A DNA stretch of 64,000 nt, taken from an uncultured Bacillota bacterium (GTDB taxonomy: Bacteria; Bacillota; Clostridia; Christensenellales; Borkfalkiaceae). Numbering within the stretch: position 1 is the stretch's first letter; the number at the start of each line of letters is the position of its first letter. The stretch is taken from assembly GCA_949287895.1 (NCBI GenBank), contig CASEIS010000118.1, positions 2,808 to 66,807 on the forward strand, written 5' to 3'. The notes under the pieces are model-generated. The model made no database searches, had not been told where the DNA came from, and saw nothing but the letters and a program-made list of their open reading frames with translations. Of the stretch, positions 38,750 to 48,159 are shown one piece after another. Both the position numbers and the translations under genes were made by a program.

Positions 38750-39955
38750 ATGCAAAGAAAGAAAGAATGCGTTGCAATGTTGCTTGCCGGCGGGCAGGGG
38801 AGCAGGCTGTATGCACTGACCAACAATATTGCAAAGCCGGCAGTCCCGTTCGGCGCGAAGTATCGTATCATCGACTTTCCGCTTTCGAACTGCGTCAACT
38901 CGGGGATCGACACCGTCGGCGTCCTGACGCAGTACCAGCCGCTTGTCCTGAACGAGTACATCGGCAACGGGCAACCGTGGGATCTCGACCGCAACTTCGG
39001 CGGCGTGCACGTCCTGTCTCCCTATCAGAAAAAGTCGAAATCGGCTTGGTATGAAGGGACGGCAAACGCCATCTACCAGAACCTGAACTTCATCAAGATG
39101 TACAACCCGAGCTACGTCTTGATCTTGTCCGGCGACCACATCTACAAGATGGATTACAGCAAGATGCTGCGCGCGCATATCGAAAAGAATGCCGACTGCA
39201 CGATCGCTGCGATCCAGGTCCCGCTGAAGGAGGCTTCCCGTTTCGGTATCCTCAATACCAATCCGGACGGCTCCGTCTACGAATTCGAAGAAAAGCCGAA
39301 ACAGCCGAAGAGCACGCTCGCTTCGATGGGCGTGTACATATTCACGGCCGAAAAGATGTATAAATATCTGGAAGCGGACGACGAAGATCCGAATTCCTCC
39401 AAAGATTTCGGCAAAAACGTGCTTCCCGCCATGCTTAACGCGGGCGAGCGCATGTTTGCCTATCAGTTCGAAGGGTATTGGAAGGACGTCGGCACGATCA
39501 GCTCGCTGTGGGAAGCGAACATGGATCTGCTCGGCGAAGACCCTGCGTTCGACGTCGCGGACAACGCGTGGAAGATCCACTCGCGCAACCCGCTCGCTCC
39601 GCCCGCATACCTTGGCGACCATTCCGTCGTCAAAAATTCGATGATCGCACTCGGCAGCGAAGTGTACGGCACGGTCGAAAACAGCGTGCTGTCCAGCAAC
39701 GTCATCATCGAAGAGGGCGCTGTCGTGCGCGACAGCGTCATCATGAGCAATACCGTCGTCCATAAGGGGGCGGTCGTCAATTATTCGATCATCGACGAGA
39801 GCGTCGCCATCGAAGACGGCGCAAAGATCGGCGAGGATAAAGAGTCGGCCAAGGGCATCAGCGTGCTCGGCCGCGGCATCACGGTCGGCAAAAACGCCAA
39901 AGTTGCAGCCGGGAACATTGTCGATAAATCTATTAAAGAAGGGGAGGAAGCGTAA
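38750..39955 (+). CDS. glgC: Glucose-1-phosphate adenylyltransferase
   Basis: [34 protein letters not shown]. Confidence 0.96.
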   Translation: MQRKKECVAMLLAGGQGSRLYALTNNIAKPAVPFGAKYRIIDFPLSNCVNSGIDTVGVLTQYQPLVLNEYIGNGQPWDLDRNFGGVHVLSPYQKKSKSAWYEGTANAIYQNLNFIKMYNPSYVLILSGDHIYKMDYSKMLRAHIEKNADCTIAAIQVPLKEASRFGILNTNPDGSVYEFEEKPKQPKSTLASMGVYIFTAEKMYKYLEADDEDPNSSKDFGKNVLPAMLNAGERMFAYQFEGYWKDVGTISSLWEANMDLLGEDPAFDVADNAWKIHSRNPLAPPAYLGDHSVVKNSMIALGSEVYGTVENSVLSSNVIIEEGAVVRDSVIMSNTVVHKGAVVNYSIIDESVAIEDGAKIGEDKESAKGISVLGRGITVGKNAKVAAGNIVDKSIKEGEEA

Positions 39956-39957
39956 TC

Positions 39958-41064
39958 ATGTCTGCAGTTGGCGTTATTTTTTCGAATATCCACGACGATA
40001 ACATCCCTGAGCTTTCGCATCAGAGGACGATGGGCTCGCTCCCGTACGGCGGCCGCTATCGCCTGATCGACTTCGCGCTCTCCAATCTCGTCAATTCCGG
40101 CGTCACGACCGTCGGCATCATCACTAAAAACAACTATCAGTCGCTGATGGACCACCTGGGCAGCGGCAAAGACTGGGATCTCGCCCGCAAGACGGGCGGC
40201 CTCGTCCTGCTCCCTCCCTTCGGCGCGGTCGACAACGGCGGGCTGTATCGCAGCCGCCTCGAGGCGCTGAAGGGGATCACAGGGTTCCTCGTCCGCCGCA
40301 ATGAAGACTACGTCATCCTCTGCGACTGCGACGGCGTCTACCACATGGACTTCACCAAAGTCATCGACTATCACGAGGCCAAACAGGCGGATATCACGCT
40401 CGTCTGCCATAATGAAGAGATCGGCAACTCCGCCCATTACACCCTCGTGCAGTCTGACGAAAGCGGCCGCGTCGTCGATATCAAGATGAACGAGTCTGTC
40501 GGCGGCTCCAACAAGTTCTTCAGCAACATCCTGGTCATCAACCGCAATTTCCTGCTGCGCCTGATCAACGACGCGTCGGTGCACGGCTACCAGAGTTTGG
40601 AAGAGGACATCCTTCGCCGCAACATCGTCAGCCTGAAGATCTACTGCTACGACTTCCACGGCTATCATGCGACGATCGACTCGCTGCGCTCGTACTATGC
40701 GCACAACATGGAGCTTTTGAACAAGCCCATTCGCGACGAGCTGTTCGGCGACCGCGATATCTATACGAAGGTCCGCGACTCCGCGCCCACGAAGTACGGC
40801 GACTTCGCCGACGTGCGCAACTCGCTCGTTTCGGACGGCTGCCTCGTCGAGGGCACGGTCGAAAACAGCATCCTGTTCCGCGGCGTCAAAGTCGGCAGGG
40901 GAACGGTGGTGCGCAATTCCATCGTGATGCAGGATACGATCATCGGCGAAAATGTGCGCATGAACTGCGTCATCACCGATAAAAACGTCGTCATCCGCGA
41001 CCGCCGCGAGCTGTCCGGCTGCGAGATCCAGCCGTATTTCCTCGCCAAGGGCACGATGATCTGA
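39958..41064 (+). CDS. glgD: ADP-glucose pyrophosphorylase subunit GlgD
   Basis: GGRYRLIDFALSN, SLMDHLGSGKDWDL, IYTKVRD; follows glgC. Confidence 0.93.
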   Translation: MSAVGVIFSNIHDDNIPELSHQRTMGSLPYGGRYRLIDFALSNLVNSGVTTVGIITKNNYQSLMDHLGSGKDWDLARKTGGLVLLPPFGAVDNGGLYRSRLEALKGITGFLVRRNEDYVILCDCDGVYHMDFTKVIDYHEAKQADITLVCHNEEIGNSAHYTLVQSDESGRVVDIKMNESVGGSNKFFSNILVINRNFLLRLINDASVHGYQSLEEDILRRNIVSLKIYCYDFHGYHATIDSLRSYYAHNMELLNKPIRDELFGDRDIYTKVRDSAPTKYGDFADVRNSLVSDGCLVEGTVENSILFRGVKVGRGTVVRNSIVMQDTIIGENVRMNCVITDKNVVIRDRRELSGCEIQPYFLAKGTMI

Positions 41065-41124
41065 TACCCGGGAATATCATTGCACAATTGTATAAATCAT
41101 TTCGAAAGGAGGGATCTATTTCTC

Positions 41125-42897
41125 ATGCCGGCTAAAGCGAAAAGCAAAAAGACGGAAGATGCCGTTGTCGATAAGGGGGCGACGGTCGTAACGGAACAGG
41201 AAGCAACCAAGGCAGACGAAGTTTCGGCGGAACCGAAGAAAACGGCGGCAAAGAAGCCGGCCGCACGCAAGCCGCGCGCCAAAAAGGCCGCGCCTGCGGC
41301 GGAACAGCCTGCCGAGGAAAAAACCCCTGTAGAATCAATTGAAGAAGCAAAACCTGCCGAGGAGGCTGCAGCCGAACCTGCAGCCGCCGAGGCGCCTGCC
41401 GAACCCGCAGCCGAGCCTGCGGCGGAAGAGGCACAGCCTGAAATCGAGGAGGTATCGGAAATTACTGTTATGCCTAAAAAGAAGATCTTGTTTGTCGCAT
41501 CCGAGTCTACCCCGTTCATCGCGACGGGCGGCCTCGCCGAGGTGATCGGCTCTCTCTCGAAGGCGCTCGCCGCCAACGAAAGCTACGACGTACGCGTCGT
41601 CATCCCGCTGTATTCGGATATTTCGTGGGATTACCGCAGCAAGTTCAAGTATCTCGGCAACATCTTCGTTCCGCTCGCGTGGCGCAACCAGTATTGCGGC
41701 ATCTTCAGCTACGCGATGAACGGCGTGACCTTCTACTTCATCGATAACGAGTATTACTTCAAGCGTCCCGGGTGCTATGGCTACTATGACGACGGCGAGC
41801 GCTATGCGTTCTTCTGCCGCAGCGTCATGGAGATCATGCCCTTCCTGAACTTCTATCCGGACATCATGCACTGCCACGACTGGCAGGCGGCATTGGCGGC
41901 CATCTATCTGAAGACCATCTATTGCTTCCGCCCCGAATACCAGTTCATCCGCGCGCTGTTCACCATCCACAACATCGAGTACCAGGGCAAATATTCGCTG
42001 GATATTTTGGAAGATCTCTTCGGCATCTCCAATACCTGGAAATATCTGCTCGAGTATAACAAGTGCATCAACTTGATGAAGGCCGCGATCGAGTGCTGCG
42101 AGAAGTTCTCGACGGTCAGCCCGCACTACGCGATGGAGATCAAAGATCCGTACTATTCGCACGGCCTCGACCCGATCGTCCGCCGCAACGAGTTCAAGCT
42201 GGTCGGCATCCTGAACGGCATCGATACGGACGCGTATAACCCCGCGACGGACATCTCCATCTTCAGCCATTACAGTATCGACGACCTCGAGCCCAAAAAG
42301 CGCTGCAAGGAAGAGCTGCAGAAGATGTTCAATCTGCCTGTCAAACCCGACACGCCGATCATCGCCATCATCTCCCGCCTCGTCGCACACAAGGGCCTCG
42401 ACCTCGTCCGCACCGTCATCGAAGAGGTATTGCGGCAGGACGTTCAGGTCATAATACTTGGCAAGGGCGATTCTTCGTACGAGAATTACTTTACCGACCT
42501 GTCTCGCCGCTACGTCGGCAAACTGGTCACGATCATTGCGTTCAATCCGGATCTTTCCAGAAAGATCTATTCGGGCGCCGATCTGTTCCTGATGCCTTCG
42601 AAGTCGGAGCCTTGCGGGCTCTCGCAGATGATCGCGAGCCGCTACGGCACCGTGCCCATCGTCCGCGAGACGGGCGGCCTGTACGACAGCATCAAACCTG
42701 TCGGCAACGGCGGCAACGGGTTTACCTTTGCCAACTACAATGCATATGATATGTTGTACGTCATTCGTGAGGCGATCAACTGCTACTATAACAAAGATTT
42801 CTGGCCTGAATTGATGCGGCGGGTCATGTCCGTCGATTTCAGCTGGCAGCGTTCCGCGAAAGAGTACGAAAAAGTTTATGGGGAAATGTTGAAATAA
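41125..42897 (+). CDS. glgA: Glycogen synthase with an approximately 115-aa low-complexity N-terminal extension
   Basis: ILFVASE, TGGLAEV, HCHDWQ, TIHNIEYQG, PSKSEPCGLSQM, RETGGL; RBS AAGGAGG before 41125. Confidence 0.92.
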   Translation: MPAKAKSKKTEDAVVDKGATVVTEQEATKADEVSAEPKKTAAKKPAARKPRAKKAAPAAEQPAEEKTPVESIEEAKPAEEAAAEPAAAEAPAEPAAEPAAEEAQPEIEEVSEITVMPKKKILFVASESTPFIATGGLAEVIGSLSKALAANESYDVRVVIPLYSDISWDYRSKFKYLGNIFVPLAWRNQYCGIFSYAMNGVTFYFIDNEYYFKRPGCYGYYDDGERYAFFCRSVMEIMPFLNFYPDIMHCHDWQAALAAIYLKTIYCFRPEYQFIRALFTIHNIEYQGKYSLDILEDLFGISNTWKYLLEYNKCINLMKAAIECCEKFSTVSPHYAMEIKDPYYSHGLDPIVRRNEFKLVGILNGIDTDAYNPATDISIFSHYSIDDLEPKKRCKEELQKMFNLPVKPDTPIIAIISRLVAHKGLDLVRTVIEEVLRQDVQVIILGKGDSSYENYFTDLSRRYVGKLVTIIAFNPDLSRKIYSGADLFLMPSKSEPCGLSQMIASRYGTVPIVRETGGLYDSIKPVGNGGNGFTFANYNAYDMLYVIREAINCYYNKDFWPELMRRVMSVDFSWQRSAKEYEKVYGEMLK

Positions 42898-42919
42898 TTT
42901 TTAACGGTAGGAGTAGGAC

Positions 42920-45355
42920 ATGAGCAGTACGAAAAGCATTACCGAAAAAGAAGTGCAGACATTGATCCAGGGCAAGTTGTCGCGTTACTTCGGCGTGTCG
43001 CCGAAGGAGGCGTCCATCGACCAGATCTACAAGGCCGTCGTGATGAGTGTTCGCGACATTCTCCTGGAAAAGCGTCAGCAATTCCATAAGGTAATGAAGA
43101 GCAAAAAGGGCAAGCGCGTCTATTATCTGTGCATGGAATTTTTGCTCGGAAGATCACTCAAAAACAACATTTACAACCTTGGTCTCGGCGATGCTTACAG
43201 CAAAGCGCTGAAGTATTTCAACCTGACGCTGGAAGACCTGTACGAACAGGAACCGGATGCCGGCCTCGGCAACGGCGGTCTGGGTCGTCTCGCGGCATGT
43301 TTTATGGATGCGCTGGCTACCGGGAATTACCCGGCCATGGGTTACTCCATTCGCTATGATTATGGCTTGTTCAAACAGAAGATCGTCGACGGCTGGCAGA
43401 CGGAATTGCCTGATATTTGGCTCCCGGGCGGCGAAGTGTGGCTGACGCAGCGCAGCGACAAATCCTGCACCGTCAAGTTTGACGGCTGGGTGAAAGAGGA
43501 CTGGACGGAAACCGGCCTCAAAGTGACCTACGGCGGTTACAAAGAGGTGGAAGCGGTCGCCTACGACATGATGATCTCGGGCAAAGACTGTGAAGCCGTC
43601 TCGGTGCTCCGCCTGTGGAGAGCGCGCAACATCTCGCACTTCGACATGAAGCTGTTCTCGCAGGGCGACTACCTGCGCTGCATGCAGGAGGAGAACGAGG
43701 CTGAAGTTATTTCTAAAGTTCTCTATCCTGCAGACGATCACTATGAGGGCAAGTCGCTGCGCCTCAAGCAGCAATATTTCCTCGTCTCTGCATCCCTGCA
43801 GAACATCATCAACGACCACAAGCACCGGTACGGGCCGCTCAGCCTGCTCCCGCAGCAGGCCGCGATCCACATCAACGATACGCATCCCGCGCTCGCAATC
43901 CCCGAGCTCATGCGCCTGTTGATGGATGAAAACGGCTTCACCTGGGACGATGCCTGGAACATCGTCACCTCGACGTTTGCTTACACCAACCATACGGTCA
44001 TGGCGGAAGCGCTTGAGACCTGGCAGGAAGATCTGATCGCCCGCCGTCTGCCGCGCATCCACATGATCCTCAAAGAGATCAACCGCCGTTTCTGCAACGA
44101 CCTGTGGGCGCGCTTCCCCGGGCAGCATCAGTTCATCGACAGCATGGCCGTCATTTCCAACGGCCAGGTGCGCATGGCAAACCTGTCCGTGATCGGTTCG
44201 CACAAGGTCAACGGCGTCTCTGCACTGCACAGCGAGATCATCAAAAAGAGCATCTTCAACGGCTTCTATCAGATTTGGCCGGAAAAGTTCACGAATGTGA
44301 CGAACGGCATCGCGCATCGCCGCTGGCTTTGCCAATCTAACCCGGAACTGTGCGAGCTGCTCAACGATTGCATCGGCGACGGCTATGTCAAAGACGCGCA
44401 GCAGCTCTCCCAGTTCAAGAAGTTTGAAGACGACCAGAGCGTGCTCAAGCGCCTCGCTGAGATCAAGCATACGAAAAAGAAGCAGTTCGCCGATTACGCC
44501 TATAAAAAAGAGGGCGTCGTCATCGATCCGGACAGCGTCTTCGATGTGCAGGCAAAGCGCATGCACGAGTACAAGAGGCAGCTTCTTAATGCGATGAACA
44601 TCATCTCGCTGTATGCCGAGCTGCTCGACGATCCGAACAAAAATATCCAGCCGCAGACCTTTATCTTCGGTGCAAAGGCGGCTTCCGGCTATCTGCGTGC
44701 AAAACAGTTCATCAAGCTGATCTGCTTCCTCGCCGAAGACATCAAAAAGCACCCGAAGATTCATGAAAAGCTCAACGTCGTCTACATGGAAAACTACAAT
44801 GTGACGATGGCAGAGACGATGATCCCCGCGACGGACGTCAGCGAGCAGATCTCTCTCGCAGGCAAAGAGGCGAGCGGTACCAGCAACATGAAGTTCATGA
44901 TGAACGGTGCCATTACGATCGGCACGCTGGACGGCGCGAACGTCGAGATGAGCGAAGTTGTCGGCCAGGACAACATCTTCATCTTCGGCCTGCGCGCGGA
45001 AGAAGTGGAGGAGATGTGGTCGAAAGGGTACAACGCCAGCCTGCAGTACAACCAGAACCCGCTTATCCGCAGAGTGATCGAAATGATGCTGCGCGGCTTC
45101 AACGGCGAATCTTTCTCCGAGATCACGAATTACTTGCTCACAGGTGCGCCTGTCGCCGACCCGTATATGTGTATGGCAGACTTCGAGTCTTACCATACGA
45201 CGCAGAAAAAGATCAAAGACCTGTATGCGGAAGACAAGATGCGCTGGTCCAAGATCTCGCTGAACAATATCGCCGCTTCCGGCATCTTCTCGGCGGACCG
45301 CAGCATCAAGGAGTATGCGGATAATATTTGGCATCTGAAGGCGCTCAAGGTGTAA
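42920..45355 (+). CDS. glgP: Glycogen phosphorylase
   Basis: LGNGGLGRLAAC, LKQQYF, INDTHP, YTNHT, EASGTSNMK, GTLDGANVE. Confidence 0.97.
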   Translation: MSSTKSITEKEVQTLIQGKLSRYFGVSPKEASIDQIYKAVVMSVRDILLEKRQQFHKVMKSKKGKRVYYLCMEFLLGRSLKNNIYNLGLGDAYSKALKYFNLTLEDLYEQEPDAGLGNGGLGRLAACFMDALATGNYPAMGYSIRYDYGLFKQKIVDGWQTELPDIWLPGGEVWLTQRSDKSCTVKFDGWVKEDWTETGLKVTYGGYKEVEAVAYDMMISGKDCEAVSVLRLWRARNISHFDMKLFSQGDYLRCMQEENEAEVISKVLYPADDHYEGKSLRLKQQYFLVSASLQNIINDHKHRYGPLSLLPQQAAIHINDTHPALAIPELMRLLMDENGFTWDDAWNIVTSTFAYTNHTVMAEALETWQEDLIARRLPRIHMILKEINRRFCNDLWARFPGQHQFIDSMAVISNGQVRMANLSVIGSHKVNGVSALHSEIIKKSIFNGFYQIWPEKFTNVTNGIAHRRWLCQSNPELCELLNDCIGDGYVKDAQQLSQFKKFEDDQSVLKRLAEIKHTKKKQFADYAYKKEGVVIDPDSVFDVQAKRMHEYKRQLLNAMNIISLYAELLDDPNKNIQPQTFIFGAKAASGYLRAKQFIKLICFLAEDIKKHPKIHEKLNVVYMENYNVTMAETMIPATDVSEQISLAGKEASGTSNMKFMMNGAITIGTLDGANVEMSEVVGQDNIFIFGLRAEEVEEMWSKGYNASLQYNQNPLIRRVIEMMLRGFNGESFSEITNYLLTGAPVADPYMCMADFESYHTTQKKIKDLYAEDKMRWSKISLNNIAASGIFSADRSIKEYADNIWHLKALKV

Positions 45356-45373
45356 CCAAGCAGCAAAAGTATC

Positions 45374-47185
45374 ATGAATATCTACTATAATCCCTTAGAC
45401 GTACGCTGTAAGAGCATCATCGGCGGGATTGAGCAAAACCAGGAATTGCATATCCGTGTTTACGGCAAAAGTACTGAGCCTTGTCTGTTCGTCCTGCATA
45501 AGGACGGACAGTCTGGGGCTCAATATTTGCATATGGATCCCGTTGCGGATGGATGGAGTTTGCTCTTAAACCTGCAGGAACCGGGCCTCTATTTTTACCA
45601 CTTCCAATTCGGAGAACGCTATGTCGCCGGCTGCGGAAAATTTCGCAACATTGAATTTTCCGAATCGATCACAGAGTACCAGATCTTAGTATATCGCAAA
45701 GGTTTCCAAACGCCGGACTGGTTCAAAGGGGGGATCATGTATCAGATCTTCCCCGATCGTTTTTACAAGAGCGGCGACGTAACTGTCGCTCCGGAAAAAT
45801 GGCTGCATCAAAGTTGGTACGAGGCGCCCGAATACCGCATGAACGCCGAAGGCAAGGTCCTCAACAATGACTTTTTCGGCGGAAATATTCGCGGTATTCT
45901 CGAAAAGCTCGACTATTTACAGAGCCTGCACGTCACGATCATCTATCTCAATCCGATTTTTCGCTCCTTTTCCAATCACCGATACGACACGGGTAACTTT
46001 ATGGAGATCGATCCGACGTTCGGCACAGAGGAGGAGTTTGCCGAGCTCGTAGAGGAATGCCGGAAGCGCGGCATGCGCATCATGCTGGACGGCGTCTTCA
46101 ACCATACGGGCGATGATAGCTTGTATTTTAATAAATACGGGCGTTATAATGAAGTAGGGGCATATCAATCTAAAAATTCAAAGTACTATGCGTGGTATAG
46201 TTTTATTCATTATCCTGAAAAGTACCACGCCTGGTGGGGGATCGATAATTTGCCCGCCGTTAACGAAGAGGAGCCGTCGTATGCCGCGTACATAACGGGC
46301 GAAGACGGGGTCCTCAAACATTGGATGCAATACAAGCTCGGCGGATTCCGTTTGGACGTCGCCGATGAACTCCCCGACGAGTTTATCGAGAAGATCCGCG
46401 CAGCCGTCAAGAGCTCAGATCCAAACGCGATCGTCCTCGGCGAAGTGTGGGAGGACGCCTCCAACAAGATCGCTTACAGCAAGCGCCGCAAATATTTTTG
46501 GGGCAACGAGCTGGACAGCGTGATGAATTATCCGCTCAAGGACGCGATCATCCAGTTTATCACCAGCGGCAACACGACGACCTTCCGCCAGACGATCGCC
46601 ATGTTGCGCGACAACTACCCGAAGACCGTCCTCGACTCGCTGATGAACATACTCGGCACGCATGATACTGCGCGCATCCTGACGGCGATGGGCGGCGTCT
46701 GTGCGTACACCAAAGACGAGATGAGCCGCATCAAGATGGACGAGGCGGCCCGCAAAAAGGCTGCCGAGCGCGTCAAAGCGGCGACCGTTCTGTTGCTTAC
46801 CGTCTTTGGCGTGCCGTGCATCTACTACGGCGATGAGATCGGCATGGAAGGGTATTCTGATCCATTTTGCCGGTTTCCGTTCGATTGGGAACACATGGAT
46901 GCAGAGATGCTCGCGCATTACCGCCGCTTGACACATATCCGATCTTCTCTCTCCGTATTCCGCGACAGCGAATATAAGGAGCTTTTCGCCGATGAAAATT
47001 GCATCGTCTATGAACGGCGAAAGGGGAAAGAGGTAGCCGTCGTCGTCATGAACTGCGGCCATAACCGCTATGATATGAAATATCGCGGCAAGTTGTTCGA
47101 CCTCCTCCACGGCAATGCGGTGCACCGCGACCACTTTGCTATAATGCCGCACTATTACACGATTTTAAGCAATCATCTGGTGTAA
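45374..47185 (+). CDS. GH13 glycoside hydrolase (amylopullulanase/neopullulanase-like)
   Basis: YQIFPDRF, SNHRYDT, DGVFNH, RLDVADE, GEVWED, GTHDT, IYYGDE. Confidence 0.88.
   Translation: MNIYYNPLDVRCKSIIGGIEQNQELHIRVYGKSTEPCLFVLHKDGQSGAQYLHMDPVADGWSLLLNLQEPGLYFYHFQFGERYVAGCGKFRNIEFSESITEYQILVYRKGFQTPDWFKGGIMYQIFPDRFYKSGDVTVAPEKWLHQSWYEAPEYRMNAEGKVLNNDFFGGNIRGILEKLDYLQSLHVTIIYLNPIFRSFSNHRYDTGNFMEIDPTFGTEEEFAELVEECRKRGMRIMLDGVFNHTGDDSLYFNKYGRYNEVGAYQSKNSKYYAWYSFIHYPEKYHAWWGIDNLPAVNEEEPSYAAYITGEDGVLKHWMQYKLGGFRLDVADELPDEFIEKIRAAVKSSDPNAIVLGEVWEDASNKIAYSKRRKYFWGNELDSVMNYPLKDAIIQFITSGNTTTFRQTIAMLRDNYPKTVLDSLMNILGTHDTARILTAMGGVCAYTKDEMSRIKMDEAARKKAAERVKAATVLLLTVFGVPCIYYGDEIGMEGYSDPFCRFPFDWEHMDAEMLAHYRRLTHIRSSLSVFRDSEYKELFADENCIVYERRKGKEVAVVVMNCGHNRYDMKYRGKLFDLLHGNAVHRDHFAIMPHYYTILSNHLV
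46175..46203 (-). repeat. 29-bp dispersed motif, copy 8 (inside CDS)
   Basis: Minus strand AAACTATACCACGCATAGTACTTTGAATT. Confidence 0.6.
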
Positions 47186-47193
47186 AACTTTCT

Positions 47194-47222
47194 TTTGTAT
47201 AGTACTATGCCAGACATAATAC
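47194..47222 (-). repeat. 29-bp dispersed motif, copy 9
   Basis: Minus strand GTATTATGTCTGGCATAGTACTATACAAA; intergenic. Confidence 0.85.
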
Positions 47223-47235
47223 CGTCTTAATCGCG

Positions 47236-48159
47236 ATGAAGATCCGTTCCTGCTTATCAATCATCCTTATCCTCGCACTGCTTTTGTTATGCGGCTGTTC
47301 TGCCGTCTTTACGCGCGCAGATAGCCCGCAAGAGATCGAGCTGCAGCCCTCCGCACAAGACAGCGCCGAGGTCGATCCGTCCTGCCGCAGTCAGGGCGCC
47401 GTCGTCTCGATCGTCTCGATCGGGACTTTTCGGTATGGCCTCGCACTCGGTTCCGTCGTCAGCATCACGTCCGGCGTCATCATCGATCATGAGGGGTACG
47501 TCGTTTCCTCGTCGGAAGCAGCGCTGCCTACGCTGATCGATCAAAACGGCGATATCTATGTCGGTGAAGCGACGGCGATCTATGCTGTCCTTTCCGATGT
47601 GTATCAAAACGATCGCTCGCTCTATAAATTAGATCTTGTCGATATGGACGAAGATCGCGGCCTGGCACTGCTTTCCTTTTATGATCGGTTTTACTATGAT
47701 GCCGAAGATTTCGGCTCCGGCGATAGGGTCGGCCGCACGGAAGGCTTCCCGATCGTCGCCGAATTTTCTGCTGAGACGGCTTTGACCGGAATGCCTTGCA
47801 CCATCATCGGCAATGCGATCAGCGGCGTCATGAACGATCTGCAATATCCGTTTTCGATGGAATACGTCTGTCTTTCGGCTTCGCGCGGCATCGTCGCATC
47901 TGCAAGCGCCGCCGATTTTCTCATTTCTGCAGCCATCAGCGCAGAGATGGGCGGCAGCGCGATCTTTGATGCGAGCGGTTATCTGATCGGCCTCGTTTCT
48001 CAAAAGTTGCCCGGCGATACGGCAGGGGATTCGACCTATCTCGAAAATATCGCATCCGGCATTTGTTCCGCGGCGATCATCGATTACATTGATACTGTTT
48101 CGGCCTCGTTACATGTGCCGATCCCGTACACGGTCGCAACCGGGGAGGCCGCCGCATGA
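47236..48159 (+). CDS. Lipoprotein with one degenerate trypsin-like (S1C) domain
   Basis: Lipobox LCGC; AVVSI, SGVIIDHEGYVVS, IIGNAI, EMGGSAIFDASGYLIG; catalytic His and Ser motifs lost. Confidence 0.65.
   Translation: MKIRSCLSIILILALLLLCGCSAVFTRADSPQEIELQPSAQDSAEVDPSCRSQGAVVSIVSIGTFRYGLALGSVVSITSGVIIDHEGYVVSSSEAALPTLIDQNGDIYVGEATAIYAVLSDVYQNDRSLYKLDLVDMDEDRGLALLSFYDRFYYDAEDFGSGDRVGRTEGFPIVAEFSAETALTGMPCTIIGNAISGVMNDLQYPFSMEYVCLSASRGIVASASAADFLISAAISAEMGGSAIFDASGYLIGLVSQKLPGDTAGDSTYLENIASGICSAAIIDYIDTVSASLHVPIPYTVATGEAAA

Noticed and set aside
43154-45334. Long antisense ORFs (also 2132-3574, 13834-15219, 29318-30718, 55449-57065)
   Set aside because: They are shadow frames of well-supported genes in GC-rich DNA and show no recognisable motifs.
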